From Campylobacterales bacterium (lineage in GTDB: Bacteria > Campylobacterota > Campylobacteria > Campylobacterales > UBA6016), in contig JAYSBP010000004.1 in the NCBI GenBank assembly GCA_041915365.1, forward strand, positions 51,963-115,962: a stretch of 64,000 nt of DNA. Reading direction: 5' to 3'. The position numbers and the translations under genes were made by a program. Below, piece after piece: positions 10,478 through 21,020 of the stretch. Every line of letters starts with the position of its first letter. Position 1 is the first letter of the stretch. Under the pieces are notes generated by a model that did no database searches, had not been told where the DNA came from, and was given only the letters and a program-made list of their open reading frames with translations.

Positions 10478-11316
10478 ATATTATCTATCAGTCTCGTCGT
10501 GCCGACCTTTGCTGCTACGAGCATAATCGAGTTTTTTAGCTCCAGTTTTTCAATCTTTTTGAGTTCTCTATCACAAAACGCTATGTATTCAACGTCAAGC
10601 CCTCTTAGCTCTTCCATCATTTTTGCCTCGATTTTGTCCGTACTTAGTTCGCCTGCGCCTATCGCAGCACCTGCCGCAAAAAGAGACTTTGAAATTGCAA
10701 GAGACGCTTTTTTTTGCTCGTCATCTAGATATACGTTGCGGCTGCTCATAGCAAGCCCCTCTTTTTCTCTCACTATCGGGCAGCCGATTATCTCCACATC
10801 CATAAAATATCTATCGACCATCTGTTTTATCAAAATAAGCTGCTGGGCGTCTTTTTGTCCAAAATATGCTTTGCTTGCCCCTGAGATATTGAGAAGCTTC
10901 ATTACGACTGTTAGCACACCGTCAAAATGCCCTGGACGGACAAAGCCTTCAAGAACATATCCCGCCTTTGCGGGAGCCTTTATACTTGGCTCATCTTCTT
11001 CATACATCTCGCTCTCGGTCGGCAAAAATAGTGCATCAACCCCTGCAAGTTCGCAGAGTTTTATATCCGCCTCAATTCTCCTTGGATACTTAGACAAATC
11101 CTCACCCGCCAAAAACTGAGCCGGATTAACAAAAATAGATACGATACAAAAATCATTTTCGCTTTTTGCTTTTCTCACAAGCGATAGATGTCCGTCGTGC
11201 AAAGCCCCCATTGTAGGGACAAAACCTATATTACCATGCAGATTTTTCGTGTAGTTTTTAAATTCTTTTGCACTCTCAAAAATTTTCAATTTAAAGCCTT
11301 GTTTTCCTATAATCAA
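10468..11316 (-). CDS. panC: pantoate--beta-alanine ligase PanC
   Basis: HIGH-type motif [13 protein letters not shown] and FGQKDAQQ motif. 282 aa. Confidence 0.9.
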   Translation of the reverse strand: MIIGKQGFKLKIFESAKEFKNYTKNLHGNIGFVPTMGALHDGHLSLVRKAKSENDFCIVSIFVNPAQFLAGEDLSKYPRRIEADIKLCELAGVDALFLPTESEMYEEDEPSIKAPAKAGYVLEGFVRPGHFDGVLTVVMKLLNISGASKAYFGQKDAQQLILIKQMVDRYFMDVEIIGCPIVREKEGLAMSSRNVYLDDEQKKASLAISKSLFAAGAAIGAGELSTDKIEAKMMEELRGLDVEYIAFCDRELKKIEKLELKNSIMLVAAKVGTTRLIDNIWI

Positions 11317-11359
11317 CGGTTAATCTGAATAAAAATTATACAATAATAAAGAGGAAATC

Positions 11360-12454
11360 TTGGACGCATACGAATACTCAGAACTCATTAAAACACTAGA
11401 ATCAAAACTATCAAACATAGTAGCTCTAATAAAACCGGACGATGTAGCCCAAAAATTAAAAGAGATAGAAGCAGTAGAGCAAGAAGAGTCATTTTGGCTC
11501 GATGCCGCAAAAGCGTCAGAAGTTCAAAAACAAAAATCAAAACTAAGCTCGCTTTTTACCAAATTTCAGGATGTAAGGAGCTCCCTGACTGACTCAAAAG
11601 AGCTTTTTGAGATAGCAAATTCAGAAAATGATAATGATACGGTCGAGATGCTCTTTGCGGAAGCACCTGAGCTTGAGCGCAAAATCAAAAAAATGGAAAT
11701 AGAAGTAATGCTAAGCGGCGAAAATGACGGTCGCAACGCAATCGTATCTATCCATCCGGGTGCCGGTGGAACTGAGTCAAATGACTGGGCCTCTATGCTA
11801 TACCGTATGTATATTAGATGGGCTGAGAGGAAGGGTTTCAAAGCTGAAATTATGGACTATCAAGAGGGTGAAGAGGCTGGAATCAAGGACGCCACCGTAT
11901 TAATCAGCGGAGAAAACGCATACGGCTATCTAAAAGCAGAAAACGGAATACATAGGCTTGTTCGTATATCGCCATACGATTCAAATGCTAGACGACATAC
12001 GTCTTTTAGTTCGGTATTGGTATCTCCAGAAATTGACGACGATATAGAAATAGATATAGATGAAAAAGATATTAGAATAGACTACTACAGAGCCTCTGGA
12101 GCAGGCGGTCAGCACGTAAACAAGACGGACTCCGCCGTCAGAATAACTCATATCCCGACAAATATAGTCGTCCAATGCCAAAACGACAGAAGTCAACACA
12201 AAAATAAAGACAAAGCGTTCAAGATGCTAAAATCAAGATTATATGAGCTTGAACTAGAAAAAAGAGAGGCAGAACTTGCCGGCGTCGAAAAAAGCAACAT
12301 AGGCTGGGGGAGTCAAATACGAAGCTATGTCTTGGCTCCATATCAACAGGTCAAGGATACAAGAAGCGAACAGGCGTACTCAAATGTTTTTGAGATACTT
12401 GACGGCGATTTAGATGATGTAATTGAGGATGTTTTGGTGGCGCTTAGGAAATAA
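11360..12454 (+). CDS. prfB: peptide chain release factor 2
   Basis: GGQ motif ([16 protein letters not shown]) and RF2-type recognition region, here reading [15 protein letters not shown]. One uninterrupted 364-codon ORF with a TTG start. Confidence 0.9.
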   Translation: MDAYEYSELIKTLESKLSNIVALIKPDDVAQKLKEIEAVEQEESFWLDAAKASEVQKQKSKLSSLFTKFQDVRSSLTDSKELFEIANSENDNDTVEMLFAEAPELERKIKKMEIEVMLSGENDGRNAIVSIHPGAGGTESNDWASMLYRMYIRWAERKGFKAEIMDYQEGEEAGIKDATVLISGENAYGYLKAENGIHRLVRISPYDSNARRHTSFSSVLVSPEIDDDIEIDIDEKDIRIDYYRASGAGGQHVNKTDSAVRITHIPTNIVVQCQNDRSQHKNKDKAFKMLKSRLYELELEKREAELAGVEKSNIGWGSQIRSYVLAPYQQVKDTRSEQAYSNVFEILDGDLDDVIEDVLVALRK

Positions 12455-12562
12455 ATTTTATAAAAATTATTTTTTTTGAAACAAATATGTCACAAATATC
12501 ACAAATACAAGCTAAAATAAGAGAAATAAGTTTGAAATAAAGTTTTGATAAGGGATTTTGGT

Positions 12563-14149
12563 ATGCTAAAAACTATTCACTCAAAGATTATCGGCGCAAT
12601 GATTGTCGGCCTTATAATGGGCGGCATAGGGATAATCATATTTATGAGCGTAAACTCTCAAGACCTTGCCAATAAAACATCTCAAAAGTCACTCCATATG
12701 CTAAGCGAGTCAATTTTTCAGACCCTTAGAGTGAGTATGTCCATGGGTGACCCAAAGGTAGTGGAAGAGACGCTAGCTAGGGCAAAAAAAATACCCGGCA
12801 TAGACTCCCTTGGCGTAACAAAATCAAAACAGGTAATCGAGGCATTCGGCCTTCAGCCTGAAACCATAAAAGATCCTGATATTCTAAAAACATTTGAGAC
12901 AAAAGAGACAAAGCTTATAGAACTGACTGACGGCAAGCATCAAGTAAGACTAATAAAGCCACTTCTTGCCGAAAAAGACTGTCTAAACTGCCACGTAACA
13001 TCGAAAGAGGGTGATGCACTTGGCGTAATGGAGCTCAAAATATCGCTTGAAGAATCAGACAAAGATATAGCAAAGGCAAGCTATGTGATAGCAGCCACTA
13101 TGGTTGTGGCATCTATATTTGCACTTATAGGCGTACTGTTTTTCTTCAAGGGGACGCTATTTAGCCCTCTTCAAACGCTAAGCGATACCACAAAAGACCT
13201 CGCAGAGGGAGAGGGAGACCTAACAAAAAGGCTCAAAGCAAAAAATGACGATGAAATAGGTGGTGTAACTGCTTATATCAACAAATTTATCGAAAAAATA
13301 CAGACAACCGTAATCGGTGTCGGCAAGACAGCGTCAGAGACAAAAACCATAAGTGAAAAAACACTTGCGAACGCAAACGAAATATCAAAATCGGCACACT
13401 TGCAAACAAAAATGGTTCAAGAATCAAAAGACCTCGTAACGAAAGTGGAAAAAGAGATTGACTTGTCAGAGCAACTTGCAATACAAACAACGGAAGATAC
13501 GAAAGAAAACCTTGACGTGCTAACGCAAATGAGTTCGTCTTTGAATAAGGTTGTTGACGCTATTTATTTGGCTAGCGAAGAAGAGGTGGGCATGAGCACA
13601 AGAATCAACTCCCTAGCTAATGAAACGCTAAAAATAAAAGATGTTCTTGAGATGATAAAAGATATAGCCGACCAAACAAACCTTCTTGCCCTAAATGCAG
13701 CTATAGAAGCGGCAAGAGCTGGGGAACACGGTAGAGGATTTGCGGTTGTTGCGGATGAAGTGCGAAAACTAGCAGAGAGAACGCAAAAAAGCTTAACGGA
13801 AATTGATGCAACAATCAGCGTAGTCGTACAAAGCGTCGGCGATGTCAGCGAAAATATGAACAAAAATGCTGAAAATATAAAAAATCTATCGAGCGATGCA
13901 CTTGGGGTTAAAGATATAGCAGATGAGACTCAGCAGAAAATACTAACAACGATAGAAACAAGTAAAAAAGCTTCTCAAGCAGCAGTAGAGATAAGTTATA
14001 TGACAAAAACGCTCATCACGAAGATGAACGATACGATGACGGTAACTATCCAAAATCAAAATATCTCAGACGAGCTAATAGAGATAGCAAAAGAGCTCTC
14101 AAGAGCCTCTGACGACCTAGACAGACAGATGAAAGGCTTTAAGGTCTAA
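12563..14149 (+). CDS. methyl-accepting chemotaxis protein with CXXCH-containing periplasmic sensor domain
   Basis: ATG at 12563 preceded by AAGGGA. TM1, a ~145-aa periplasmic domain containing CLNCH, TM2, a HAMP region and the conserved MCP signalling hairpin ([37 protein letters not shown]). Confidence 0.9.
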   Translation: MLKTIHSKIIGAMIVGLIMGGIGIIIFMSVNSQDLANKTSQKSLHMLSESIFQTLRVSMSMGDPKVVEETLARAKKIPGIDSLGVTKSKQVIEAFGLQPETIKDPDILKTFETKETKLIELTDGKHQVRLIKPLLAEKDCLNCHVTSKEGDALGVMELKISLEESDKDIAKASYVIAATMVVASIFALIGVLFFFKGTLFSPLQTLSDTTKDLAEGEGDLTKRLKAKNDDEIGGVTAYINKFIEKIQTTVIGVGKTASETKTISEKTLANANEISKSAHLQTKMVQESKDLVTKVEKEIDLSEQLAIQTTEDTKENLDVLTQMSSSLNKVVDAIYLASEEEVGMSTRINSLANETLKIKDVLEMIKDIADQTNLLALNAAIEAARAGEHGRGFAVVADEVRKLAERTQKSLTEIDATISVVVQSVGDVSENMNKNAENIKNLSSDALGVKDIADETQQKILTTIETSKKASQAAVEISYMTKTLITKMNDTMTVTIQNQNISDELIEIAKELSRASDDLDRQMKGFKV

Positions 14150-14161
14150 GCTTTTTAGGCC
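14143..14161. terminator. hairpin spanning the stop codons of convergent mcp and arsB-like genes
   Basis: GGTCTAA-GCTTT-TTAGGCC: 7-bp stem with one G-T pair and a 5-nt loop. No clear U-tract. Confidence 0.3.
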
Positions 14162-15411
14162 AGTAACGACAAAAGCACCGCAAGTAGTATCGGCGGAGTA
14201 ACCAAAAGTCCAAACTTTGAGTACTCCGCAAAGCTTATCTTTACTCCCTTTTTATCAAGTACGTGAAGCCATAAAAGCGTAGCCAAAGAGCCAAATGGTG
14301 TCATTTTGGGGCCCAAATTGCACCCTATAATATTTGCATACACTAGTAGCTCGTTTGCATGCGGCTTTAAGGCTATATCCATCACCATAACTGTCGGCAT
14401 ATTATTCATCACAGCGCTAAGAATTGCTGCCAAAAATCCGACTCCAATCACGCAAACAGGCTCTCCTAGCTTTGCGAGCCAGCCCACCGCAAGCGATATT
14501 TCATTTGTGAGCCCAGAGTTTTTGAGCCCATAAACGACGATATAAAGCCCGATACTAAACCAAACAACCTGCCAAGGCGCACTTTTGATAGTCAAATAAA
14601 ACTTTGCCGCCTTGCGCCCAGAGGCGATGAGTAAAAATATCATTGCCCCGCCAAGCGCAAAAATAGAAATAGGCAAATGCAAGACATCTCCCAAAAAATA
14701 GCCGCACAGAAGTAGCGCCAAAAATACCCAGCTAAAATAAAAAAGCGGTTTGTCTTTTAGAACAGAGTCTGGCTCTTTTAGGAGTGTTATATCAACCGTC
14801 TTCGGAATATCACGCCTTAGCACAATCCAAAGTACAAAAATTGAAATAGATACGCTTACAAAGAAAGGCATGGCCATATTCAACATATAGTCCGCAAATC
14901 CTATCCCAAAGTATCCGGCCGTAACTATATTTGTAAGATTGGAAAAAACAAAAGGCAGCGAAGCGCTATCCGATATGAAGCCACCTGCTAATAAAAAAGA
15001 CACTATCGTCTTCGCATTTAGCTGTAATAGTCTCATTTTTGAGAGAAGTATCGGCGTAAGAATCAACGCTGCACCGTCATTAGCAAAAAGGGCGCTAACA
15101 AAAGCTCCAAGAAACAGCGAATACACAAACATCTTGTGTCCATCGCCGTTTGAAAACTTTGCCATTTTAATAGCGCACCACTCAAAAAAACCTATCTCAT
15201 CCAAAACCATAGAGAGTATGATAATGCCGATAAAGCTAAGCGTGGCGTCCCAAACTATTGAGCCAACCTCCAGCATATCCTTGAAGTTCACAACGCCAAA
15301 TCCGTATGCAAGTGCAGCCCCTATCACAGCCGATGTCCCTATTTTTAGCCCTTTGGGCTGAAATATCACAAGCGACATAGTGAACAAAAATATTGATATA
15401 GAAACTATCAC
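14155..15411 (-). CDS. ArsB/NhaD-superfamily anion/cation permease
   Basis: 418-aa protein with ~10-12 TM helices and sequence character of arsenical-pump/NhaD-type permeases. No arsR/arsC is adjacent. Confidence 0.65.
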   Translation of the reverse strand: MIVSISIFLFTMSLVIFQPKGLKIGTSAVIGAALAYGFGVVNFKDMLEVGSIVWDATLSFIGIIILSMVLDEIGFFEWCAIKMAKFSNGDGHKMFVYSLFLGAFVSALFANDGAALILTPILLSKMRLLQLNAKTIVSFLLAGGFISDSASLPFVFSNLTNIVTAGYFGIGFADYMLNMAMPFFVSVSISIFVLWIVLRRDIPKTVDITLLKEPDSVLKDKPLFYFSWVFLALLLCGYFLGDVLHLPISIFALGGAMIFLLIASGRKAAKFYLTIKSAPWQVVWFSIGLYIVVYGLKNSGLTNEISLAVGWLAKLGEPVCVIGVGFLAAILSAVMNNMPTVMVMDIALKPHANELLVYANIIGCNLGPKMTPFGSLATLLWLHVLDKKGVKISFAEYSKFGLLVTPPILLAVLLSLLA

Positions 15412-15479
15412 GACAGTTTTCCTAGGGTGTTTTTTACTTTAATGATATTGGATTTTGAAGTTTTTTTGGTGACTGAGGG

Positions 15480-16127
15480 CTAGTTTATCTTGCTTACCCC
15501 TCTTTGAATAGGAACAAATAGGCACTCTTCTATCTCTTCTTTTACTATCATATAGCGATTTTTTTTGTATTTTGTGATAATTTGTTTATTTCCCCTGACT
15601 ATTGGGGATACCAAAATGCCGTCATTTTCGCTTAGTTGGTCAAAAATATTTGCAGGTATCTCATCTATCGATGCCGATAACAATATCCTGTCAAATTTTG
15701 CAAATTCTGCCCAGCCGTGCATACCGTCGTCAAGCTTTGTGTTTATATTCACAAGGCCGAGATTTTTGAATGTCTGCCTAGCTTCAACGAGAAGCCCCTC
15801 TATCCGCTCAACCGTAAAAACACGACGAAAAAGCTTTGAAAGTATCGCCGCTTGATATCCGCTACCGCATCCTATTTCAAGTATGCTATCGGCACCTTTT
15901 GGCTCCAAAGCTTTGGTCATTTTGGCAACAGTAAGAGGAGAGCTAATCCATTGTTCAGACTGTAAAGGAAGAGCATTTAGTGAGTTGGCGGCATTTTTGA
16001 ATCCTCTCGGGACAAAAACAGAGCGGTCCGTCTCAAAAAAAGCATTCAATATGGAGTCATCGAGATTTTCACGCTTTAAAAGTTCCTCTAAAAGCTTTTT
16101 TTGGCGCAAAGAGAGCAAGTTTGACAT
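15480..16127 (-). CDS. pcm: protein-L-isoaspartate O-methyltransferase
   Basis: SAM-binding motif ILEIGCGSGYQAAILS and overall PCMT layout. 215 aa. The start overlaps the nrdB stop by 1 nt. Confidence 0.8.
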   Translation of the reverse strand: MSNLLSLRQKKLLEELLKRENLDDSILNAFFETDRSVFVPRGFKNAANSLNALPLQSEQWISSPLTVAKMTKALEPKGADSILEIGCGSGYQAAILSKLFRRVFTVERIEGLLVEARQTFKNLGLVNINTKLDDGMHGWAEFAKFDRILLSASIDEIPANIFDQLSENDGILVSPIVRGNKQIITKYKKNRYMIVKEEIEECLFVPIQRGVSKIN

Positions 16128-17158
16128 TAGAAATCGTCAAAAGAGAGCGTACCTTTTGAGTAGTTACTCACGGTTGCTTCAAAAAAGTTCGCTTTTTGAT
16201 CGTTAAAGCTGGAAAATTTATCAACCCATTTTATAGGATGTTCCACATTGTACATTGGCTTCATTTTCACAGCCCTTAGTCTGTTATCCGCTAGATGTTT
16301 GATATATTGGTCTATTATCTCGTCATTGAAGCCCAGTATTTGCCCATTTGTGACATATTTACCCCATCCAGCCTCTATCTTGACGGCATCATTAAACATG
16401 TGCCTAACTTCCTCTTCAAGCTCTTTCGTAAATAAATCCGGTCGCTCATTCCTTGTCGTATTAATAAGATTTTGAAACACAAGAAGATGGCTTATCTCAT
16501 CTCTTTGGATAAACCTTATCATTTGCGCACTGCCCATCATTTTGCCGCTTCTAGCAAGTATATACATACAAGTAAACCCACTATAAAAATAAAGCCCTTC
16601 TAGAATCTGATTGGCAAACATAGCAAGTACTTTTTGAGTATCTGTTGGATTTTCCTCTAGCTTTTTGTATACCTCATAAATATATGCGTTTTTATGAGCA
16701 AGCTCACTATCGCTTCTCCATTTGTCATATATTTCACTAGTATTTTCAGAAATAGATTCCACCATAACAGCATAAGAGCTAGAGTGCAGAGCCTCCTCAA
16801 ACGCTTGGCGCACAAGCAAAACATTCACTTCGGGGGCCGTAATAAATGGGTTTATATTATCCGCTAGATTATTGGTTTGGATTGAATCCATGAATATAAG
16901 TTGGCTCAACACCAAGTCATACATTCTTTTTTCGTGTTCTGATAAGTTTTTATAGTCTTTGGCGTCTTGGGTCATGTCGACCTCTTTAGGGAACCATGTA
17001 TTTGCCAGCATCAAATCCCAAAGTCTGATAGCCCATTGGTATTTAACCTTGGTAAGCTCTATAAGTCCCGTAGGGCTTCCGCCTATGGTTCTTCTTTGCT
17101 GTACCGACTCTAGTGAGTTTGGGTTATAAATTATTTTTTTGCCGGTATTTAGTTCCAT
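16127..17158 (-). CDS. nrdB: ribonucleoside-diphosphate reductase beta subunit (class Ia)
   Basis: Di-iron/tyrosyl-radical motifs ([16 protein letters not shown]). 343 aa. Immediately downstream of nrdA. Confidence 0.9.
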   Translation of the reverse strand: MELNTGKKIIYNPNSLESVQQRRTIGGSPTGLIELTKVKYQWAIRLWDLMLANTWFPKEVDMTQDAKDYKNLSEHEKRMYDLVLSQLIFMDSIQTNNLADNINPFITAPEVNVLLVRQAFEEALHSSSYAVMVESISENTSEIYDKWRSDSELAHKNAYIYEVYKKLEENPTDTQKVLAMFANQILEGLYFYSGFTCMYILARSGKMMGSAQMIRFIQRDEISHLLVFQNLINTTRNERPDLFTKELEEEVRHMFNDAVKIEAGWGKYVTNGQILGFNDEIIDQYIKHLADNRLRAVKMKPMYNVEHPIKWVDKFSSFNDQKANFFEATVSNYSKGTLSFDDF

Positions 17159-17244
17159 TTTACCTCATCCGAAAACTTTTTGTGGGGGATAGATTTTACC
17201 TATTTTAGTTTTAGTCTACCCCCAATGCGCAAAAAAGCTAAAAC

Positions 17245-19632
17245 CTACTGGCAACCTTCGCATTCTATACTTCTATCCATAGTATCTTCGTCTATATTGT
17301 TGTCTGGGCTTTGGCTTCTTAAATAATATGTCGACTTTAAACCTAGCTTCCAAGCCAGCATATAAATATCGTTTAGCACTTTACCGCTTGCGTTTTCAAG
17401 CTTCATAAAGATATTTAGGCTTTGTCCTTGGTCTATCCACTTTTGTCTCACGGCGGCAGCTTTAACAAGCAAAGATTGATCTATTTCGTACGCCGATTTG
17501 TAGTACTCATAAGTATCAAGCGTAAGATTTGGTACGACGACTGGAATAAGTCCCGACAAATTCTCTTCAAACCATTTTCGTTTATATATCGGCTCTATAG
17601 TCTGTGTAGTACCGACAAGGATAGAGATAGACGATGTAGGGGCGATAGCCATCAAATATCCGTTTCTCATGCCGTCTTTTTTTACCTTCTCCCTCAAAGC
17701 ATCCCAGTCATATGCCTCGTCAAACAGCCCTCTTCCAGATAGTTTTTTTGCCTCTTCGCTTGCATGGTCTATCGGCAGTATCCCTTTTGCCCAATTTGAA
17801 CCTGCGAATTGTGGATATGCGCCCTTCTCAACAGCCAAATCAGAGCTTGTCTTGATTGCGTTGTATGAGATTAGTTCAAATATCTCGTCGATAAAAGCAA
17901 AGTGTCTTTCGCTGCCCCATTCTATCGCCTTTGTAGCCAGCATTTCAGCCTCACCCATTGCGCCAAGTCCTACGGCTCTTGTTTGAAGGTTTGTATTTTT
18001 GACTTTCTCAACCGGATAAAAGTTTAACTCTATTACGTTATCGAGCATTCTAACGGCGATAGGCGTTACCCTTTCTATATCCTCTCTCGAATTTATCTTT
18101 GAGAGATTAATACTTGCAAGGTTGCACACAGCAGTTTGCCCACCATCCGATACTTTTTCTACGATATATACTTTTTTACCGCCGATAGAGTCTATAGAGC
18201 TTATTTTGTTTGCTTTTTTGACTATGCCGCTGTCTATTTTTATCTCTACTTGCTCGTCAAGCACCTCTTCCGTGCCGTCTTCAAATTTGATTTTGACTTT
18301 GTAGTGATTTGGTGTCGTATTTTGGAATATCTCCGTACAAAGGTTGCTGCTTCTAATAACACCTTTGTGAAAATTTGGATTTGCCTTGTTTGACGTATCT
18401 TTGAAGCATAAAAACGGGCTTCCTGTCTCAAAATACGAAAGAAGTATTTTTTTCCACAAATCTTTTGCATTTACCGTTTCTCTTTTGATGTTTTTATCCG
18501 CCTCATAAGCTTCATATTTTGCATCAAAATCATCGCCCCAAGCATTTGTGAGCTCTGGAACAGAGTATGGGTCAAAAAGACTCCATTGCTCATTATTTTC
18601 AACTCTTTTCATAAACAAATCATTCATCCAAAGAGCGGGGAATATATCGTGTGCTCTTCTTCTCTCCTCGCCTGAGTTTTTTCGTAGATCAAGGAAGTCT
18701 TCGATGTCTTTGTGCCAAGTCTCAATATATACTGCAATAGCGCCTTTTCTCGTGCCCAGCTGATCGACCGCAACGGCTATATCGTTCGTTATTTTCAGGA
18801 AAGGCACTATTCCGCCTGCAGCATTTTTGTGTCCGTCGATAAATGAATTTGCAGCTCGCACCTTCGCATAATCCCAACCAATACCACCGCCGTATTTACT
18901 AAGTAGTGCCATCTCTTTATACGAATCAAAAATACCCTCGATATTATCTGGTGTGCTTCCGACATAACAAGAACTTAGCTGATGTCTTGGCGTTCTTGCA
19001 TTTGACAGAGTAGGAGTAGCGGCCATTACTTCAAATTTTGATAGAACGTCATAAAACTCTTTTGCCCATCTCATTCTGTCTTTTTCATTTTGAGCAAGAA
19101 ACATCGCAATAGCCATAAACATCTGCTGCGGAAGCTCTATCGGATCTCCGTTTCTATCTTTTAGAAGGTATCTGTCATATAGCGTTTTGATGCCAAGATA
19201 ATTAAACTGCAAGTCACGTTCTGGCCTGATGTAGGCGTTTAGTTCTTTTAGGTCGTACAGCTCTTTTAGCCCAGGGACTATCCTCCCCTCTCTCTCACCA
19301 ACTTCAAAGTAGCTTCCGAGGTCGCAATAAGACTGTATCTTGCAAGAATCTATCGTAAGTCCCACCCTGTGATACAAATCATAAAGAAAAAGTCTAGCCG
19401 CAACAAACGACCAATCCGGAGCGTCAATATCTATCTTATCAACTGCTGTTTGGATAAGAGTTTGTTGGATTTCTGCCGTGCTCATACCATTGCGAAATTG
19501 TATTTTAGCATCTACCTCAAGCTCTGATTGAGATACGTTGCGAAGGCCATCTACTGCGTCTTTTGTATACTTTTGTATTTTTTTGATGTCAAGCTCTTCC
19601 GTTCTTCCATCTCTCTTTACGACTGTTAGCAT
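17245..19632 (-). CDS. nrdA: ribonucleoside-diphosphate reductase alpha subunit
   Basis: N-terminal ATP-cone (VVKRDGRTEELDIKKI), catalytic region (SSNLCTEI, CNLASINL) and C-terminal CEGCQ redox tail. 795 aa. Confidence 0.9.
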   Translation of the reverse strand: MLTVVKRDGRTEELDIKKIQKYTKDAVDGLRNVSQSELEVDAKIQFRNGMSTAEIQQTLIQTAVDKIDIDAPDWSFVAARLFLYDLYHRVGLTIDSCKIQSYCDLGSYFEVGEREGRIVPGLKELYDLKELNAYIRPERDLQFNYLGIKTLYDRYLLKDRNGDPIELPQQMFMAIAMFLAQNEKDRMRWAKEFYDVLSKFEVMAATPTLSNARTPRHQLSSCYVGSTPDNIEGIFDSYKEMALLSKYGGGIGWDYAKVRAANSFIDGHKNAAGGIVPFLKITNDIAVAVDQLGTRKGAIAVYIETWHKDIEDFLDLRKNSGEERRRAHDIFPALWMNDLFMKRVENNEQWSLFDPYSVPELTNAWGDDFDAKYEAYEADKNIKRETVNAKDLWKKILLSYFETGSPFLCFKDTSNKANPNFHKGVIRSSNLCTEIFQNTTPNHYKVKIKFEDGTEEVLDEQVEIKIDSGIVKKANKISSIDSIGGKKVYIVEKVSDGGQTAVCNLASINLSKINSREDIERVTPIAVRMLDNVIELNFYPVEKVKNTNLQTRAVGLGAMGEAEMLATKAIEWGSERHFAFIDEIFELISYNAIKTSSDLAVEKGAYPQFAGSNWAKGILPIDHASEEAKKLSGRGLFDEAYDWDALREKVKKDGMRNGYLMAIAPTSSISILVGTTQTIEPIYKRKWFEENLSGLIPVVVPNLTLDTYEYYKSAYEIDQSLLVKAAAVRQKWIDQGQSLNIFMKLENASGKVLNDIYMLAWKLGLKSTYYLRSQSPDNNIDEDTMDRSIECEGCQ

Positions 19633-20957
19633 CCAAACACCCTCTCAAAAATTTTATCTATATTCTTAGTGTAATAACCGTACTCAAAGCACTCTCTTAT
19701 CTCTGTCTCAGACAACTTTGCTCTCAAATCTTCATCGCTCAAAAGATTTTGCAAGAATAACGATTCGCCTTCTGTATTTATTGCGGCCTTACCCTGCTGC
19801 AAGTCTGCCCAGACTTTCATGGCATTTCTTTGAACTATTTTGTAGCCATCTTCTCTTGAGACACCTTTTAGCGGTAGCTCCAGAAGTACCCTTTGAGAAA
19901 ATACTAGTCCACCGGTAAGGTTTAGATTTTTCATCATATTTTCAGGATAAACCACAAGCTTTGATATAACGCCGTTAAATCTGTTTAGCATAAAATCACA
20001 AGTGATAAATGCGTCCGGAAGCATAAATCTTTCAACAGAAGAGTGAGATATATCTCTCTCATGCCACAAGGCTACATTTTCCATTGCAGGAACAGCGTAG
20101 CTTCGTATCACACGAGCAAGCCCCGTGATATTTTCGGTTAGGACCGGATTTCTTTTGTGAGGCATGGCCGATGAGCCTTTTTGCCCAGGACTAAAATACT
20201 CTTCAGCCTCATACACCTCAGTTCTTTGAAGATGTCTTATCTCTACGGCAAACTTCTCAATACTTGAAGCGAGCAAAGAAAGCGCAGTTATCACTCTTGC
20301 GTATCTATCTCTTTGGATTACTTGATTTGAAGCATTAGCCACACCAAGACCTAAATATTTGCAAGTAAGTTCCTCAAGCTCTATCGGTGTATGCGCAAGA
20401 TTTCCCATCGCCCCACTCACCATCCCGACGCTAATAACATCAAGAGAACTCGTCAGATTGTCAAGGTGACGTCTGAGCTCGTCATGCCAAATAGCAAGTT
20501 TCAATCCAAAAGTTATAGGCTCTCCGTGAATGCCGTGGCTTCTGCCCACGCAAAGCGTATGTTTGTGCTCCATTGCTCTTTGTTTGATTGACTCCATGAT
20601 GCTCTTAACATCTTTGATGATAATTTCCATTGAGTCTTTGATTTGAAGTGCGACAGCCGTATCTATGGTATCGGAGCTTGTCATCCCATAATGAACCCAT
20701 CTACTCTCTTCGCCAAGATTGTTCGCAACACTCGTCAAAAAAGCTATTACGTCATGCTTTGTGGTTTTTTCTATTTCATCTATTTCTGCAATGTCAAATT
20801 TTGCATTTTTTTCTATTTTTTCAGCATCTTCTTTTGGTATTAACCCTAGTTCGCACCAAGCTTTAACGGCGGCTATCTCCACCTTCAGCCAAGCGTCGTA
20901 TTTTGCCTGCATATCCCACAGGCTTTTCATCTCTTCTCTAGCGTATCTCTCTACCAT
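19626..20957 (-). CDS. purB: adenylosuccinate lyase
   Basis: Fumarate-lyase signature GSSAMPHKRNP. 443 aa. The N-terminus MVERYAREEM is typical of PurB. Confidence 0.9.
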   Translation of the reverse strand: MVERYAREEMKSLWDMQAKYDAWLKVEIAAVKAWCELGLIPKEDAEKIEKNAKFDIAEIDEIEKTTKHDVIAFLTSVANNLGEESRWVHYGMTSSDTIDTAVALQIKDSMEIIIKDVKSIMESIKQRAMEHKHTLCVGRSHGIHGEPITFGLKLAIWHDELRRHLDNLTSSLDVISVGMVSGAMGNLAHTPIELEELTCKYLGLGVANASNQVIQRDRYARVITALSLLASSIEKFAVEIRHLQRTEVYEAEEYFSPGQKGSSAMPHKRNPVLTENITGLARVIRSYAVPAMENVALWHERDISHSSVERFMLPDAFITCDFMLNRFNGVISKLVVYPENMMKNLNLTGGLVFSQRVLLELPLKGVSREDGYKIVQRNAMKVWADLQQGKAAINTEGESLFLQNLLSDEDLRAKLSETEIRECFEYGYYTKNIDKIFERVFGC

Positions 20958-21020
20958 ACTTGCCGAACCTTTTTTCGTGTAAAATGTTTTTTAGATTTTA
21001 GGAAAATAGGGCTGAAAATT

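Noticed and set aside
10499-11119. 206-aa ORF on the plus strand
   Set aside because: It is a Ser/Leu/Ile-rich low-complexity shadow ORF lying entirely antisense to the well-supported panC gene.
11360-11500. Programmed +1 frameshift site in prfB
   Set aside because: The gene reads as one uninterrupted ORF from the TTG at 11360. No early in-frame UGA preceded by a Shine-Dalgarno-like element is present.
14155-15411. Arsenic resistance (ars) operon
   Set aside because: Only a lone ArsB/NhaD-superfamily permease is present, with no arsR, arsC or acr3 nearby. An arsenic-specific role cannot be claimed.
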